NCBI GenBank assembly: GCA_002104905.1
Contig: MCFE01000082.1
Coordinates: forward strand, 62,001-126,000
DNA: 64,000 nucleotides
From: Basidiobolus meristosporus CBS 931.73
Taxonomy: Eukaryota > Fungi > Basidiobolomycota
Reading direction: 5' to 3'
Shown: positions 1 to 12,179 of the stretch, in pieces
How the letters are laid out: every line of letters begins with the position of its first letter
How positions within the stretch are numbered: the stretch's first letter is position 1
Position numbers and translations under genes: made by a program
Notes under the pieces: generated by a model
Database searches by the model: none
What the model was told of the DNA's origin: nothing
Seen by the model: only the letters and a program-made list of their open reading frames with translations

Positions 1-200
1 CATCTGACAAGAATTGCTCAACACTTGAGTATTTTCCACCTCGAAGTTTGCCCTCAATTGTACCAAAATCCATAGGATGCTTAACAATCTTGTTGTAATG
101 CGGAATACCTAAAGCCTTGACATCTACAGGGGTTCCAAAAGGCTCGAAGGAAGGATGTGTTTTAATGCGAGCCAATACGTTTTCGCATATTTTCAGTGCC
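1..200 (-). other. Bromodomain 6 of TAF2, truncated by the window edge
   Basis: Manual translation: ICENVLARIKTHPSFEPFGTPVDVKALGIPHYNKIVKHPMDFGTIEGKLRGGKYSSVEQFLSD. Confidence 0.85.
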
Positions 201-3200
201 GATCTGTCCAGAGTTTTAGGCTTCGTGGATACCTTTACGCTACGACTTGGTGAGGAAGCAACTACCGGGATTGTTTCTTTTTTGGGTTGCTTGTCCGACT
301 TCCTGCTACCGATACCTCCACTTGACTTGGTGCTAGATTTCAACGTTTGGAAAGCAATCATTTCTTTATCCAACGTTTTCTCTAGTGCCATGGCTTGTTG
401 TGAATAATAATGCTCAGGCCCGTTAAACGTGACACAGTTCTTGAATATCTGGCGAATATCAGTTTCAAATTCGGTCGGAGTGGAGTACTCCCCAGCCTTC
501 AACTTCTTGTGCACTGTACTGAAGTCCATCGGGTTGTGGATCACATCAAAGTAGTGTGGTATTCCCATAGCAATGGGGTCAACCTTTAGATATCATTAGA
601 ATTTAGGTCAAGATACGAATCAAGACTAGAGAAAAACTTACAGGCTCCAGAAAAGCGATAGCATTCTTGTTTCCGCTTAATTTCTTGTGAATTTTTTCGC
701 ATAGCTTCATTTGCTCTGGACTCATGGTCACTGGCTCTGGCTCAGGTTCGCGCTTGATACTAGGCTCTCTGGATGGTGTCCTTGAAACCTCGGGAATGGC
801 TTTTAGAGCATTTTTGAGTTCTTCGTAGCGTTCAAAGAAGTAATTTTCCAATTGTTGGCTTTCTTCGTGTGCATAGGTTCCAGAAGGATTGAAGGTAAAG
901 CAATTGTTGAATATTAAGCGGACGTCCCTTTCAAAGTCCACCCAAGTTCTGTATTGGTCGTTTTCAAGCTTGTCTTTGATGGTCCCAAGGTCCATTGGAT
1001 TCTGAATGATCCGTGGATAGTCCGGAATCTGTAATGCAACCCAATCAACAGGCTCCCGGAATAAAGAAGAATGCTTGTTCTTGATCATTTTTTGGACGAG
1101 TTTCAATAGACTCTGCTTATCTTCAGGCAATATTGGGCGTCTGGGCTTGTCGCGGTCAAAGAGCTCGTAAAAATAAGCCTCCATTTTCTTGCCTTCTTCG
1201 AACACCCAAGTTCCTGGTTGATTGAACAAGAAACAATTGAAGAATATCTGACGTATATCCTTCTCAAAACTCCTGACTGAAGTGTATTCCTCGCGTTCTA
1301 GTTTCTCCGTCACCGTTTTTAAATCCATTGGGTCTTTGACAATATCTGTATAAGTAGGGATTTTCAGCATCACAGGATCAACTGGTAACTGAAACGGCTC
1401 AGAGGATGGGTTCGACCAGAGCTTTTTGAGTATTTTCTGACAACGCTTATACGCGGTGCTATTCATCGTATTTGCAGGTTTCGCAGCCGCTTTAGTAGCC
1501 GGTGAGGAGCTATGGCGCACAGGACTTTGTAAGGGCATCGGCGTCAAAGATTTGCGTGAGTCCTTTGAAGCAGCCTTTGGAGTTAATTTTCCACCATTAT
1601 CCTTTACGGTATCGCTTGTTCCGGCTCGAACCATTGGCGACTTTGGCTTTGGACTTGATGGCGTAGGCTTGGCGAAGTTCGATGTCTTAGTTTCCTTCGA
1701 CCCATATTCCACGGAAGGACCAGGAGTCGCTGTTTCAGAAGTGTGGGGCAATTCGGCGACAGGTTTCTCGGAAGGCTCACGGGAGTTGATCGGCTCTGGT
1801 GCTGGCTCGGATTTGACAGTTATATTGGTAGATTCTGTGACCGCCGATTTCGTAGGCTTTCCGAACTGATTTACCCACTCTCGTTGGAATACTTCACTGA
1901 GTGATTTGGCCTGATTATAAACAAAAGTTCCAGGTGTATTGAAGGTAAAGCAGTTGTTAAGCATGAGTTCAATATCCTCTCGAAAGTTGTCCTTTGTTTG
2001 ATACTGCCGCGACTTCAATTTTTTGTTGATTGTACCAAGGTCCATGGGGTTTTTGATCATTTCGAAATATGTGGGAATTCCTTGCTTGATAGGATCTACT
2101 GGCCTCAAAAATTCAAACGCAGACTCGTGTTGTGCAATTCTTTTCAGAATACTTCGACATTTTTGAAGTTCGGGGATGAGGCCCTTGGAAGATTTCTCGG
2201 CCTCATTCTTAGGTTGCTCTAATTCAGGGTCAGATTTTTCTGATGGTAAAGCTTTGGACTTCGTAACCGGAGATTCCACGATAGTCATGTTGAACTCTGG
2301 CTCCCGACCAACCAGCTCCTGTGCGTTCAGCTCGCTCCACTCTTTTTCAAACACGCTTTCCAATTCTTGACCTTCGTTGTACACATAGGACCCAATCGGA
2401 TTAAAGATAAAGCAATTATTTAACATGAGTCTAATATCGTCCTCGAATTCCTTTAGATTGTGATAGCCGCCCTCATCAAGCTTGGCTTTGACGGTACCCA
2501 AATCCATAGGATGTTTGATCAAGTCGAAATATGTGGGGCATCCATCTCGGATCGGATCCACTGGTTGGAGAAAGTAGAAAGCGGATTTGTGTGCCATCAT
2601 CTTCCGAATGATTCGTTTACATATCTTCATCTCGTCCGGTCTTAGCATTGAAACGGTCAACACAGTTTCCTGCTGTGGCGTTTGCTTGGGTGGTTGCTTG
2701 GGCGCTTCTACTGGAATTGTAGTAGTAGTGGTGGTAGCTGGACTGACCTCTACAGGTTCAATCTTGACTTGCACATCCAATGCAGCTTGATCAGGTTTGG
2801 ATGATTTTCCTGTATCTTTTGTACGAGGCTCTCTGCGAACATCGCTAATTTTGGACTCCTTCCTAGGCTTGGGAATGCTAGTCGCTTTTACCTTTTTATC
2901 TTCCTTGCTTGTAGGCGCCGATTTCACTGGAGAAAGAACGGTTCCCGCTTCAATTTCAATATCTTCGTCGTCAAATGCACTGACAGTTGGGATATCATAA
3001 TTCGCACTCTCCTTTCGAATGGGCCCGATTGACTCCGCTTTGTCACTAGGTTTGCTAGATTCACTAGCTTTGCCAGGGATCCTTAGCGATACGTCATTAC
3101 GAGCTTCAGTTGAAACAGCGGCAGGCATTTTTATCTTCAGCTTAGGGACTGTATCTATGGGCTTGTATAGTAGCTCACAGAAAAGAAAGATATATCGAAA

Positions 3201-6200
3201 TACACGATAATCCTGTACAGGATCAGACGTCAAGATCGCCCACACCTGATCTTGTATATCTTCTCTCCCTGAAAACTCTTTGTGAATTGCTTCCAGACCA
3301 GGGGTATGAATGAATCCATCCTCAGAAGCCTTCTCGGAAATCGCTTTGGGTTGGCCCACTTCTTCGAAAACCATCTCCTCTGAAGTATCGTGATCGGATA
3401 AGCTAGCACGGGCTATGTGAACTCCAAGCATTTCGGACAAGCATTTGGCCAGATAGTATCTAACATAATGGCTGGGGTCGTGGGCAATTACTTGAAATAT
3501 GTAAAACCCAATCGGACGATTACGTAGACCGTCCAATAATAAAAGCGCTTCAAAGGCAACCAACCGCACTCTTAGAAAGTTCCCATATCTTGTATAACCA
3601 AGAAACAGCTTCAGATTTGGAGCAAGTAAGCTAGCCATCATCAGCTTCATCATCACCTGCATTACACTGATGGTGACAGTGTTATGGTAAGAAGGAACCA
3701 AATAATCCAACGTACGGTAGCGCTCTATCTCCTGAACTGCATCGGCAAAGAGTTCTTTCTCGCCCTCCTGTTCACTTTGGTTTGATCTCTCGTTAGGGAC
3801 CAAGGCATTTCCGAGTGCATTGATCAAAGCGCTAATGTAATAGTTGTCCGAGAAGTGATTCCCGGTATTATCGTTATAGCGAAGAAGCTCTAATAGGAAT
3901 TGCTTGATCTTGATTGGAGTATGCCCCTTGGAGTTTTTCACGGTGGAGAACGCAGCAACAATGGCTTTCTGAACGAAATATTCGGTAAAGCCCGAGAAGT
4001 TGTTTGGCTTTGGAACTATGGCGATTTCTCCATCGCCGTCGGCCGTGGTAGAGGCGTAACAGTACCGTTTTTGAAAAATCTTAAACAAATGATGTAATCC
4101 AATCCAGTCCAATTGTGGGATAGCACATTTCGCTAGTGCAAATGCACCCTCCATTCGAATTCTATAAAAGCACTTGGGGTCCATCATAGTTCGCATTAAC
4201 GAGGTTGATGTTGCGGGGGATGGACAATTTGAAAGTGCTTCAATCGCTTCAATCTGAGCAACAACATCACGATCATTCAACAATTGGCACGCCCACATAT
4301 AGTCAGGCTGTTCGAATTGCATAACGCAAATCCACTCGAGGTCTGAATCAAGTCGAATCCATTCAAAAGTTCCACTAATTCAACAACAGTTATAAGAGAG
4401 TTGGATAATAGTCAGAGATCCATATACTATACCTTGCAGTACTTTCTTCGTCAATCTCACCCCATTCTACAACCCTCCATTCCTCCTTTTCTTTCTCATC
4501 CATTCCATATCCAAAGACATCCTCAAGGTCCTCCATAACAGCCTCTGGCATTTCCTCGGCTCCGACACTAGCTTCGGCTGCAGCTGCTGCCGCTTGACGT
4601 TGTTGAAAACGCTTCGTCAATCGCCGAATACGCTTATACTTCGTGTTGAACTGTACTTCGTATTTCTTGCTCAAGTCTTGTATATCCAACACGTGTTCAT
4701 AAGGTGTTCCGTCAGCCTCACGAATTAGGGCGGTCATATGTCCCTAGATTCATGTGGTTATATATACATGTATACAGTGTCTTCGTAAAACCACTTTGAT
4801 CGACTTACGGTAAACATAGTCGTGCTTGGGTACATCGCGCGATCATCGTGTTTGTTGGCAAGGCCATTTGAATTGGTAGATCTTTGCTCCATATTAATCT
4901 CGACGACCATTTTCTTTCGATTAAACGAATATGTAAAATGAAATATTGGGCATCCGCTACCAAAAGTAAAAGATGAGTTAAGGAGTGTAATAGAATATTT
5001 GGAGTGTGCTCAAAGCGAGCCAACAAACGTAGATTGACGTAAAAGGATATATCCATTGCTCTGCAAATGGCTTGTTGTCGACTCCACTGACTTTACGGCA
5101 GACTTTGAGAAACCAGTTTGTACTGAGAGCATTGCCACTTCCCAATTCACCGCTCATCGCTGCAACAAGAACTTTCGGGATTGCCCGATGTATCCCAAGA
5201 GATGGGCCTCCTTTCATCATTCTTTTTCCCAGTACAAATAAAACAAGTGGGGCCTTCAACTGCATGAAGTTGTAATCATCCGGGTCAACTGGATATGAGA
5301 GATTCACGTTGTAAAGAGGAGGCCGGTCAACATCCAATTCGCATACTTTGTCAATGTCCTTTTGTTGACAAAAAAATAAGTGAATTAGCAACTCTGTATT
5401 ATACTGCTATGAAGAAAGCGAGTAAATACCTTTTTCAGCCGGAATCTATATTCATTATTGCCATGTAAATGCTTGATTAATAAGCTGGTAGCGTAGTTGG
5501 CCAATCCAACTGTCAACCATAGGTCAGCACTGATATTATCAGACAACGCGTCAACTCCAGTAAAATAAAAACAATGATAGTTAAGCTATACTTGCCCGTA
5601 TTTTGGAACAACGTGGATTCCAAACCATTGCTTGGCCAACGCCAAACTTAGATGTCTTCGAGTCTCATAGGTTTGGTCAATGATATCATCACCATGTAAG
5701 AGATGTGTACTAATATTGAGGTTAGTTTCATCAACAATACAAATAAAATAGCGCACACGATCTTACCTTGCTATTGTCATGGTAGCACTGTACATGGTGG
5801 TGTCAGGGGGATCTTCAACAAATACAAGTTTGAAAGATGAATATGGATATGACCCCAGTTCCTGAGCATAAAACTCCAAGGCCTATACAATATGAAGTCA
5901 AGTAATGATACGAAAGGTGCAGACATTTGACCAAATACCTTATTCAAAAATTCACAGGAGTTTGCCGTTTCATCAATCCAACCCGGAAGGCAGAAGGCAA
6001 ACATACCACTAGTTCCCTCACTGTCATCTGTATTCATGAATATTTCTCTAACACTCTTTCCCGGGGCATCTTCGGAGTATTTCTCTACTTGACCATCGGA
6101 AGAGCTCAGTTTGACAACTTCGAAGGGGCCTGCGGCAAAAGATATAGAGAAAGCCGGTGATGGCACAGCAAGAATGTAATGGAATATTTTCTTGGTGGGT

Positions 6201-7461
6201 TCAATCGGATGGGAAGTCTACTATGATGGTTACTAACAAGCAACACTCAACGTCTGAAATTATCAAAACATTACCTGCTCGATTAACTCCCCGCTACTGA
6301 TCACTACCATTTCTAATGCGTCGTCCTCGTCATTACCGTTCTCATTCCCAGGCTCTTGTAATGTCTGATCAACTATATACTCCATCTCCCAGGTACACCG
6401 TTCGTGCATCCGGTCAATACAAGGTAACCAAAGACGCACTTGGCCAGGAAAGGTCTCATTACAGGTATAAACGTGGGGAAATCGCTATCACGAATCTAGG
6501 GTTAAAAACTACGATCTTCATGATGTCAAACAGGCCAAAGTGTTCTCTTACGTAAGGGTTGACTTGAGGATCAGGTAATATAAAGTTAACACCCGCTTTG
6601 GGGTTAACCACTACGAAATCTATACGAATAACTAGTGGTGTGAACATCACCCGACCTTCAAACATTCCGTTATATGCTACAAAATCAAAAAAAAAGTAAA
6701 CGAACGTTAAAACCAAGATAAAGAAACATTCTTGGCTTTGTAGAAAACTTACCATCGTTAGAGTCATCAAGCAGCGGTGCCTCATTTTCTTGAAACTAAA
6801 GGCGAAAGTATAGATTATACCTTAATATTCATCAGTGCTACTATGCAATCGGTAATACGAAATGTACCTGCACAATATCTATAACTTCTGGGATACGAAT
6901 TAATAGTTCGCCTTCTTCAGCCTCATATAATGCTGTGTGGTAGCTTCGTTTCAATTCATGGTATTGAAATATATTCTTGTCTTTCGTACTCTCCGGTAAT
7001 AATGAGTTTTTTATGATATCGAGATACTCGTAAGTAGTAGCGATCCCATTAACCGTTACATTATGTATTTCTTAGAATAAATAGTGGGTGTTTAGTGAGA
7101 AAAACGCACCCTCTAGAGTGCCTTTAAATGGCAAACCACTATAGACGTACCACTTTGCCGTGCGTTGATACGCACATGTGATAAGGAATTTGTAGTTGGG
7201 ATTACATGAAGCTCGGTGAAACCCTAACGACAAAAAAAACAAAGGATAAGTTACGGAAATGACATCTTCCACTTTTTATAGAGCTCAACTCTGTGCTTAC
7301 CCTTAAAGCCTTCCCTTTGAGGTCGATGTCAAGTACAAATTTTTGGTGATTTGTGTGGGCCCGAAAAATATAAGAGATGAGATAAGTTGATTTCGTTCTA
7401 TTGAATTGCTTCCACAATATTTCTTGGGATACTTATAAGTAAAAGGCGCGTTTTGGAGCAT
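1..7461 (-). CDS. TAF2: TFIID subunit 2 (aminopeptidase-like fold) fused to at least 6 C-terminal bromodomains; multi-exon, 3' end outside the window
   Basis: Spliced exons give HQKFVLDIDL..GFTELHVIP..RINARQS, YEAEEGELLIRIP, MPSPAFSISFAAGPF, EQWIY..G.P, FEWIRLDSD.EW and QPDYMWACQLLNDRDVVAQIEAI, all typical of TAF2. The large exon 603-4322 adds the TAF2 C-terminus and the bromodomains. An intron at 584-641 (GTAAGT..AAG) rejoins FLEP|VDP. The start codon at 7461 is tentative. Confidence 0.9.
360..705 (-). other. Bromodomain 5 of TAF2, split by the 584-641 intron
   Basis: FLEP|VDPIAMGIPHYFDVIHNPMDFSTV...IFKNCVTFN after splicing; missed by the ORF track. Confidence 0.85.
823..1110 (-). other. 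Bromodomain 4 of TAF2
   Basis: FREPVDWVALQIPDYPRIIQNPMDLGTI...IFNNCFTFN. Confidence 0.9.
1158..1446 (-). other. Bromodomain 3 of TAF2
   Basis: FQLPVDPVMLKIPTYTDIVKDPMDLKTV...IFFNCFLFN. Confidence 0.9.
1872..2165 (-). other. Bromodomain 2 of TAF2
   Basis: FLRPVDPIKQGIPTYFEMIKNPMDLGTI...MLNNCFTFN. Confidence 0.9.
2335..2630 (-). other. Bromodomain 1 of TAF2
   Basis: FLQPVDPIRDGCPTYFDLIKHPMDLGTV...MLNNCFIFN. Confidence 0.9.
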
Positions 7462-8143
7462 CTATCTTGTGCATTTTGAAAGACGCCGAAAATCAATACC
7501 CAATTCGTAGCTAATTGCAGTTTTGACCTCGATCCGTTGAATTATCTTCAGAGTCGGTGTTTAGTGAGTGAAATTTCAAGCTTGAAATCTACTTGAACGC
7601 TATATAATATGAGTTGATAACAATGTAGATTCCAATAGCGTGACGCCAACACGTCAAAGAACAAACTATTCACAACTTCAACAAGGACAAAAAAAACATT
7701 GACTAAATATGATTCTCATGATTGAAACTAAATGATTACATAATTCAGCATTGCGAGATTCTGAATATAATGTAATAACACAACTATTAATCTATTAATT
7801 AGCTCTGATCATATTTTTGATATTTTTATTAATAAATGTGAGAAATCAAATTTTGCTTGACATCTTCGATTTGTTTTGTTTTCTCAGGTAGAAACCGACA
7901 GGCAAGGTGGAACAGTATGAAAATGTCTGTGTCGTTGGAAGCAATCTGGCAATCGCACATTTCTACCATATGGTTATGCATAAAAAAATGAAAACAAAGA
8001 AAAGACTAAAACAACAGGGTAAAGGGTAAAAATCTACTTTTCATCACATATACATCAAATTAACTAATAGGAAAAGGAAACGGATGTGGTAGAGTCAGCA
8101 AAATTTAACATTGACTAGTGGTGGAATAGACGGGATTAAAAGA

Positions 8144-10888
8144 TTAGTTGTCCTTTTCTTCCCCTTCCTTAAACTCGACTTCGACTGTTTCACATTTCTC
8201 ATTCGAAAGCCCTGAAGGTTTGACTTCAACATCTGTAGATTTTGCAATTTCCTCCTGTACTACTTGGTCCGTCGATTCTTCAGGTGCTGAGATCTCTGAT
8301 TCCTTTACATCAACTACAGAAACTGGCTTTTCTGCAGATTCTTTAACCTCCTCTACTGGTGCTGAAGATTCCGCAGATTCCTTAACCTCCTCTACCGGTG
8401 CAGGAATTTCTGTATGCTCTTTGACATCTTCTACGGGCGCAAGAGTTTCTGAAGATTCTTTAACCTCCTCTACTGACGCTGGAGTTTGCGTAGATTCCTT
8501 GACCTCTGCTACTGGTTCTACAGTTTCTGTAGATGTTTTAACCTCTTCTACCGGTGCTGGAGCTTGCGTAGATTCCTTGACCTCTGCTACTGGTGCTACA
8601 GTTTCTGTAGATGTTTTTACCTCTTCTACCAGCGCTGGTGCCTCTGTATCTTCTTTTATCTCCTCTACGAGTGGTGACATTTCTGTCGACTCCATGGCAG
8701 CTTCTGCGGGTACTTGGTTTTCTGAAGATTCCTGAACCTCTTCTACTACTTGCTCTGTAGCCTCTTTCACCACTTCTGCGACCTCCGCGACAGATGTCGG
8801 TTTCTCATTCTCTGTGCTGGATTCAAGTTGTGGTGTTTCGGTATGAGATGAGGTCTCAATTTTCTCCGGTAAACTTTCTCCAGTTACTAATTGCTTTTCA
8901 GATGGCGTGTCATTGCTACTGGGCTGTTCAGCGTGGATACCTGACTCAATATCTTTCTGCACAGTTGTTTGGCTTTCCACCTCTTGCAGCTCAGAACCAT
9001 TAATATCACTGTTTTCCAATGGTTTTGATTCAGCTTCAACATCAGGTGCGGGAGCGTCAACGTCCATTTGCGTATCGGCTTCAGAGTTCTCATCAATAGC
9101 TTTGGTTGCCTGAATATCATCAACGGTACTCTTGGGTTGTACATCAACGTTGGTAGCTTCAAGTTGATTTTCTTCTGATTCGGGCTTAGCCACAGATTCC
9201 TTTTTTTCGGATTCATCTGGATTACTTGGTTCAAGCGGTCTATCGACCAACTTATCGTTTTCATCGATTTCTGTATTGGCAGCAACATTATTTTGGGTAT
9301 TCAACTTTTCGTCGGTCACTTCTGTGTCACCTGCTTGCGCTTTGGGTTCTATATCTTCGTCTGGACTACCAGAACTAAGTTGATTTTCGATCTCAGTTTC
9401 AGCCTCCGATCCAGTATCGACGTTTTCATTCGATTTTTCACCTTCTAGCTTAGACTCGTCATGATCAACATCCATAGGGACGGCTTCTACATCATCATCA
9501 GGTTTTTCACTTTCTTCTTCATTAGCTTGTTGCTTATCTGAAAGCACATCCTCAATGAGCAGTGACCTCCATTTCTTGGTAAGTGTATAGGCTCTTTCTT
9601 TAATATCGAAGGGGTCCTCATCTAAGTCTAGTTGAGAAACTCTCTTCATTAATTTACCTATCTTTGTCTCCTACAAAATTTGGGAAGTTAGTTTAGAGGC
9701 AGTTATATAGTATGCTGCGGGTTCTTACCCGCAATAGGGAAAGATTCATATCGAAGCTTTCAACTTCTTTCATGAGAGAGTCTATAACATTCATATCCTA
9801 TATTGGAAAAAATTAGCAAAATATACGAGCAATAACATCAAATACCGCAACTCACCCCAATAACATCTTTCATAGTTAGCTTTTGTAATTTATGGCGCAG
9901 ATGCATAAGCTTCTCGCTTGGTGACCCTAAACAATCAAAAACATGAATATAAATTGCTGAAAAATTACAATATTATGTTCAACTAACGTGGCTTCGATTT
10001 CTGCTTGATGCGCTGGGGAGTTTCTAGCTCTGGTTCCTCTTCCTTATCTTCAACAGGCTCTTCAATAGGCTTATCCTTACGAGAAGACCGTCTTCTTTTA
10101 GGCGTAGGCTCTTCAACTGTAGTATTCTTTCTCTTTCGGGTACTAGGGCGTTCCTCTGGTTCATCATCATCTTCCTCCGCCTCAACTGGCTTAATTCTTG
10201 ATGAACGTCTACTGGAAGTTCTCCTAGCGGGTGTTTTTTTTTCTTTTTTCTCCTTTTCGACCTCACTATCTGAAGCATCATCCGAAACGCCTTTTCCTTG
10301 GCTCTTGCGGCGAGGCTCGGCCTTCTTGCGTCCACCACGTTTAGGTGTCTTCTTTGGAGGCTCTTCCTCCTCACTCACTAACTCATCCTCCTCTTCCACT
10401 TGCATCTCCTCCTCAGAATCGGTGGCTTGAGCGTCAGGATTGGAGGCCTCCTTGACCGCCCTGTCGAATTGGACGCCCCGCCTACCTTTGTTGAATTCTT
10501 GAAGATGTTCCTCAAACGGCTTGATATTTTCTGAGCTAATCCAGCCACTAATTAATAGAAGAGTATACGCGTAAGATTACGTTTACAATAAATTACTATA
10601 TCTAAGAGGGAACACTTACTAATCCTTGGTACCGAAGAATTTAACCGCCATGATGGGAACAGGTCTACTAGGCTTTTGCTTGAGTACAGCTGAAGGAACT
10701 TCATTTTCCTTCTTGATCTAAAGGTAGTATTGAAGTTATAAATAATCGGTTCAAACATCGCGTTGATATAAAGCTACAGTAGTTTCATTACTGAGAAAAG
10801 TTATTTTAACACGTACTTTAGCAGGCCACCATGGGTAGCCTTTGATCTTAGCCCAAACGATTGTGCCCGGCGCGTGTTTGCTACTCAT
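8144..10888 (-). CDS. PWWP-domain chromatin protein with a TFIIS-N (TND)-like domain and a long acidic tail; multi-exon
   Basis: Exon 1 MSSKHAPGTIVWAKIKGYPWWPAK, then VKFFGTKD..GWIS (PWWP), a K/R-rich linker (9983-10405), LMKEVESFDMNLSLLRETKIGKLMKRV..IKERAYTLTKKW (TFIIS-N/Med26-like), and an E-rich tail to the stop at 8144. Confidence 0.8.
8294..8668 (-). repeat. Coding tandem repeat, ~10 copies of 39 bp (13 aa, VEEVKESxExPAP), with a near-identical 78-bp dimer
   Basis: VEEIKEDTEAPAL / VEEVKTSTETVAP / VAEVKESTQAPAP / VEEVKTSTETVEP / VAEVKESTQTPAS / VEEVKESSETLAP / VEDVKEHTEIPAP / VEEVKESAESSAP / VEEVKESAEKPVS / VVDVKESE. Confidence 0.9.
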
Positions 10889-11210
10889 ATTTACTGATAT
10901 AAACTAAATGAAAATACTGTATATAGATGAAGGTAAGTATGCGTGAATATGTGGAAGCGTTGATAAAGACTTAAACGCGTCCAAAAGGACTATCAGCTCT
11001 ACGTACCTTACTTTGTTACCTGTAGAGTTTTGTTCACCAAAGCTAGAAGAGCATTAACCTTGGGCTGGATTTACTTCATCGTTGATCATACCTATCCTGA
11101 AATACTCATGATCCTACTCGGACCTGGAGCCAATGATGTTACTGATTCAATTTATCATTATTATTTCACCAAAATTATTATATATTAATGCATCTCGCCC
11201 ATAATGAAAA

Positions 11211-11220
11211 TTTCGCGCCA
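11211..11220 (+). promoter_or_regulatory. E2F/SCB-like site (TTTCGCGCCA) in the divergent PWWP-RPL38 intergenic region
   Basis: Matches the E2F consensus TTTSSCGC; the reverse complement contains CGCGAAA (SCB). Sits in an imperfect inverted repeat TGAAAA..CGCG..CGCG..TTTTCA. A short motif, so it could be chance. Confidence 0.3.
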
Positions 11221-11856
11221 CTCTCGCGTTTTCACCATTAATTGAATGTAATTGGCCATTTATTCTAAGTCCCCCCAAAACTTATTCAAACTACAATTAG
11301 CATCATTATTGAATGATCACTATGAATTAAATTATGCTATTGCACCATATAATTAGTACCCTATCAGTCTTGGTTGAAGCTTGCCTGGACCATGTGAATC
11401 TAGGGGTCGACCATTAGTTCAAAAAAAGATTCAAAAGCGAATATTTAATATAGATACTTCGTGTCCAGCCATCTATGAAGAAAGCTCGAATTATGATTGT
11501 TTTGATTCTTTACAAGGAACCTATAATATAAACATCCGATTTACGATCGCTGCACAGCAAAGTTTGCTATCAGTAAGTTCCTAAACTTGAGTATAGGTTT
11601 TGTGTGGAATACCTGCATCGTTTATAAGCTTACTGACTATCTTGTTTATGGATAAGTATACTGGGTCGATTTTTTAATGGAAACAGAGATCGTCATTTCT
11701 CGACTGGGGAATGAGGGATTTTCATCAAGATCTCAACTCGATTCTAGGGACTAGATCATCAGCCCCAAAACATAAAAAATCGTGTTGAGAAATAAAGTAG
11801 CAAATTTGGAATATTTGCTCTTTCTTTCAACACCTAACCAGTGGTTGTTCTTCATC

Positions 11857-12179
11857 ATGGTAAGTGTTCGGTTCTATTATGGTTGATGGATGGGTGCACA
11901 TGATATTCTTGGATATTTGTTTGTATGATATATTATGAATACCGCTTCAAATTTGCTAACAATCATTTTTAGCCTAAACAAGTTCAGGATATCAAGAACT
12001 TCCTTGAGATTGCTCGTCGTAAGGACGCCAGATCTGCTCGTATCAAGAAAAACGGGGCTGAAGTCAAGTTCAAGATTAGATGCTCAAAGTATCTCTATAC
12101 TCTCGTTGTTGCTGATCTCGATAAGGCTGAAAAGTTGAAGCAATCTCTTCCTCCCAGCCTTACCGTTGCTGAAATCTAG
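11857..12179 (+). CDS. RPL38: 60S ribosomal protein L38 (eL38); join(11857..11859,11973..12179)
   Basis: ATG|gtaagt..tttag|CCT gives [69 protein letters not shown]; not in the ORF track. Confidence 0.97.

Noticed and set aside
1456-3210. Several plus-strand ORFs of 60-137 aa opposite TAF2
   Set aside because: Antisense to a strongly supported CDS, with no independent motifs
4390-6785. Separate small ORFs listed between 4.4 and 6.8 kb
   Set aside because: They are exons of TAF2 read into flanking introns, not independent genes
8148-8735. 195-aa Ser/Thr-rich plus-strand ORF, and the 39-bp array as a possible CRISPR or adhesin
   Set aside because: It is the antisense shadow of the Glu/Val repeat in the PWWP gene. 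The units are contiguous with no unique spacers, and the locus is eukaryotic.
10005-10430. 141-aa plus-strand ORF and the overlapping 116-aa minus-strand alternative frame
   Set aside because: Shadow frames of the low-complexity K/R/E exon of the PWWP gene
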